This document shows, piece after piece, positions 27,594 to 28,983 of a DNA stretch of 28,983 bases (position 1 is the first letter of the stretch; each line of letters opens with the position of its first letter). A program made the position numbers and the translations under genes. Where the stretch lies: positions 1-28,983 of IMG/VR virus record IMGVR_UViG_3300047545_000404, one strand, 5' to 3'. Source of the stretch: a virus (taxonomy: Duplodnaviria; Caudoviricetes). The notes under the pieces were generated by a model. That model was not told where the DNA came from. It searched no databases and saw only the letters and a list, made by a program, of their open reading frames with translations.

Positions 27594-28017
27594 TATAAAT
27601 CACATAACACCAGAACAATTATCAAAAATAATGAAACCAGGAGCAGCGGGCGTTTTAGCTATGACTGCTTCTGGTGAATTTCTTTTAACCAAAAGAACAA
27701 GTAAGGCACATTATCTCGGAGGTCATTGGTCAGTTCCATCTGGTGAAGTTGATGTAAACAATCTCGAATCAATGGAAGATTGTGCCCGTAGAGAATTTTT
27801 TGAAGAAACAACACATCATATACCACCTAGTGAAAAGCTTATTTGTATAAACAGATACTTTACGTATAATAGAATGTATTTTTTATTTATCTATAAAGTT
27901 AAAAAACGTTTTTTTGTTAAAATAGATTGGGAACATGACGATGTTAATTGGTTCAGAAAAGATAATCTACCAACGCCAATATCTTCACAAATTTATGATG
28001 CAATACAAAGAATTTGA
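27586..28017 (+). CDS. Nudix hydrolase
   Basis: LLTKR...GHWSVPSG-X7-E-X7-REFFEET Nudix box, EH...WF. Confidence 0.88.
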   Translation: MANINHITPEQLSKIMKPGAAGVLAMTASGEFLLTKRTSKAHYLGGHWSVPSGEVDVNNLESMEDCARREFFEETTHHIPPSEKLICINRYFTYNRMYFLFIYKVKKRFFVKIDWEHDDVNWFRKDNLPTPISSQIYDAIQRI

Positions 28018-28029
28018 TATTTATTTATA
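28016..28029 (+). promoter_or_regulatory. putative late promoter GATATTTATTTATA abutting the start codon
   Basis: Shares GATATTTATT with 1713 and 13285; runs directly into ATG 28029. Confidence 0.45.
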
Positions 28030-28385
28030 TGAAAAAGAATAAAACATATAAAACACTACAAGATGTTAAATACATTATGAATATGATGAAAGAAGATGTA
28101 TTTGGACATAGAGTAACATCATATTCGCCAAAAGACACCATAAGACTTAAAAATAAATTATCGCAACCAACAAATGATGATGACAAAGAAATGTTTGTTG
28201 CTATGGTTGAACCTTTGATGAAAAAGAAAACGTATATTTCTCCAGATAAAGATGCATTTCTCGATTCATTTGTAGATTTAGATACACGGGTTAGTCAGAG
28301 GGATTTCATAAGACCAGAAGACGAGGAAGATGAATTGGATTATTTGTTTGGTGGAATGCAAGATATTCTTGATGATGATGAATAA
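28029..28385 (+). CDS. hypothetical protein with acidic C-terminus
   Basis: ORF with ATG at 28029; no recognisable motif. Confidence 0.65.
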   Translation: MKKNKTYKTLQDVKYIMNMMKEDVFGHRVTSYSPKDTIRLKNKLSQPTNDDDKEMFVAMVEPLMKKKTYISPDKDAFLDSFVDLDTRVSQRDFIRPEDEEDELDYLFGGMQDILDDDE

Positions 28386-28391
28386 TTTTGC

Positions 28392-28422
28392 TTTGTAAAT
28401 TGAAATAACTTTATTATATTTG
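28392..28422 (+). promoter_or_regulatory. Bacteroidota-type promoter consensus TTTG-N19-TATATTTG
   Basis: TTTG 28392-28395 and TAnnTTTG 28415-28422 with a 19-nt spacer, in an intergenic gap. Confidence 0.55.
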
Positions 28423-28454
28423 TATATTCTCTTTTAGAGACATTGGAGATTGTA

Positions 28455-28983
28455 ATGAATCGAATGAAACGAATCATAATCGAAGAAACTGCAAAAGTTT
28501 TGAGAGAAATGAAAAAAAGAAAAAACGTTAGTGATGTTAAAACTAATTTGTTTGAGGCGATTAAAACTGCTGAAATTGTAAAGAATAATCCCAAAAAATA
28601 TAGATTGGCAAAAAAACTAATTTCTTTAAGCGAGAATAAATTTATCAAAGAACGTCAGCGTCTTAAAGAAGAACATGGTCACGAAGATGAATCAGAAATG
28701 GCTAAAGCACAACTTGCTGCTATAATAGAAAAATCTAATGAACTTCATAAAATGTTAGATGGTGTATCACATCTCGAAGACTGGTTACAATACAAACTTT
28801 CAATCGCTGAAAATTACATTGATGCAGTTCATGGCTACATGAAATACTTTAACGGAGGTGATGAAATGGACAGAGAGGAAATGTATGATGACGATGAACA
28901 ATGGGATGATGTTGAAGAAGAAGATTTTGATGATGACGAAATGGACTATTATGGTGAAGAAGAAGATTTTGAAGACATTACTG
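28455..28983 (+). CDS. phage protein, 3'-truncated by the window edge, with a conserved helical domain and acidic tail
   Basis: Absent from the ORF track because there is no stop in the window. Manual translation: MNRMKRIIIEETAKVLRE...HEDESEMAKAQL...LHKML...LEDWLQYKLSIAENYIDAVHGYMKY...DDDE; GGAG RBS. Confidence 0.8.
   Translation, partial: MNRMKRIIIEETAKVLREMKKRKNVSDVKTNLFEAIKTAEIVKNNPKKYRLAKKLISLSENKFIKERQRLKEEHGHEDESEMAKAQLAAIIEKSNELHKMLDGVSHLEDWLQYKLSIAENYIDAVHGYMKYFNGGDEMDREEMYDDDEQWDDVEEEDFDDDEMDYYGEEEDFEDIT

Noticed and set aside
521-28648. All minus-strand ORFs and short nested plus-strand ORFs in the track (e.g. 2540-2956, 5388-5687, 15791-16105, 28340-28648)
   Set aside because: They overlap well-supported plus-strand genes, lack motifs and RBSs, and look like antisense or alternate-frame shadows
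1-28983. Alternative genetic code, tRNA genes, intrinsic terminators
   Set aside because: Genes read full-length in the standard code with TAA, TGA and TAG all used as stops; no cloverleaf or convincing GC hairpin plus U-tract was seen in the short intergenic gaps (by eye only)

Overview
AT-rich, gene-dense window with every credible gene on the + strand. It comes from a large T4-like (Caudoviricetes) phage. 197-13259 is a replication and nucleotide block: thioredoxin, a PLP-dependent fold-II enzyme, dUTPase, family-B DNA polymerase, sliding clamp, two clamp-loader subunits, an Nmad1/DUF1599 protein and a Cas4/AddB-like nuclease. Three paralogous SPPY-type amino-DNA methyltransferases are interleaved with these genes. 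13320-26959 is a tightly coupled 16-gene glycosylation cluster. It opens with a protein that aligns by eye along its length with T4 DNA alpha-glucosyltransferase, followed by GT4, GT2, GT7, GT9 and GT10-like transferases, Gmd, a short DegT aminotransferase, an acetyltransferase, a cupin and an epimerase. The window ends with a ferritin-like protein, a Nudix hydrolase and probable late/virion proteins. The most notable observation is a clamp-binding-like xxKFF/LGFF peptide shared by the polymerase C-terminus, the AGT-like protein and all three methyltransferases, suggesting a clamp-tethered DNA-modification system. Two repeated intergenic motif classes look like host-type (Bacteroidota-like TTTG-N19-TAnnTT[T/A]G) and late (GATATTTATT) promoters. 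All family assignments rest on motifs recognised by eye; no database searches were run.
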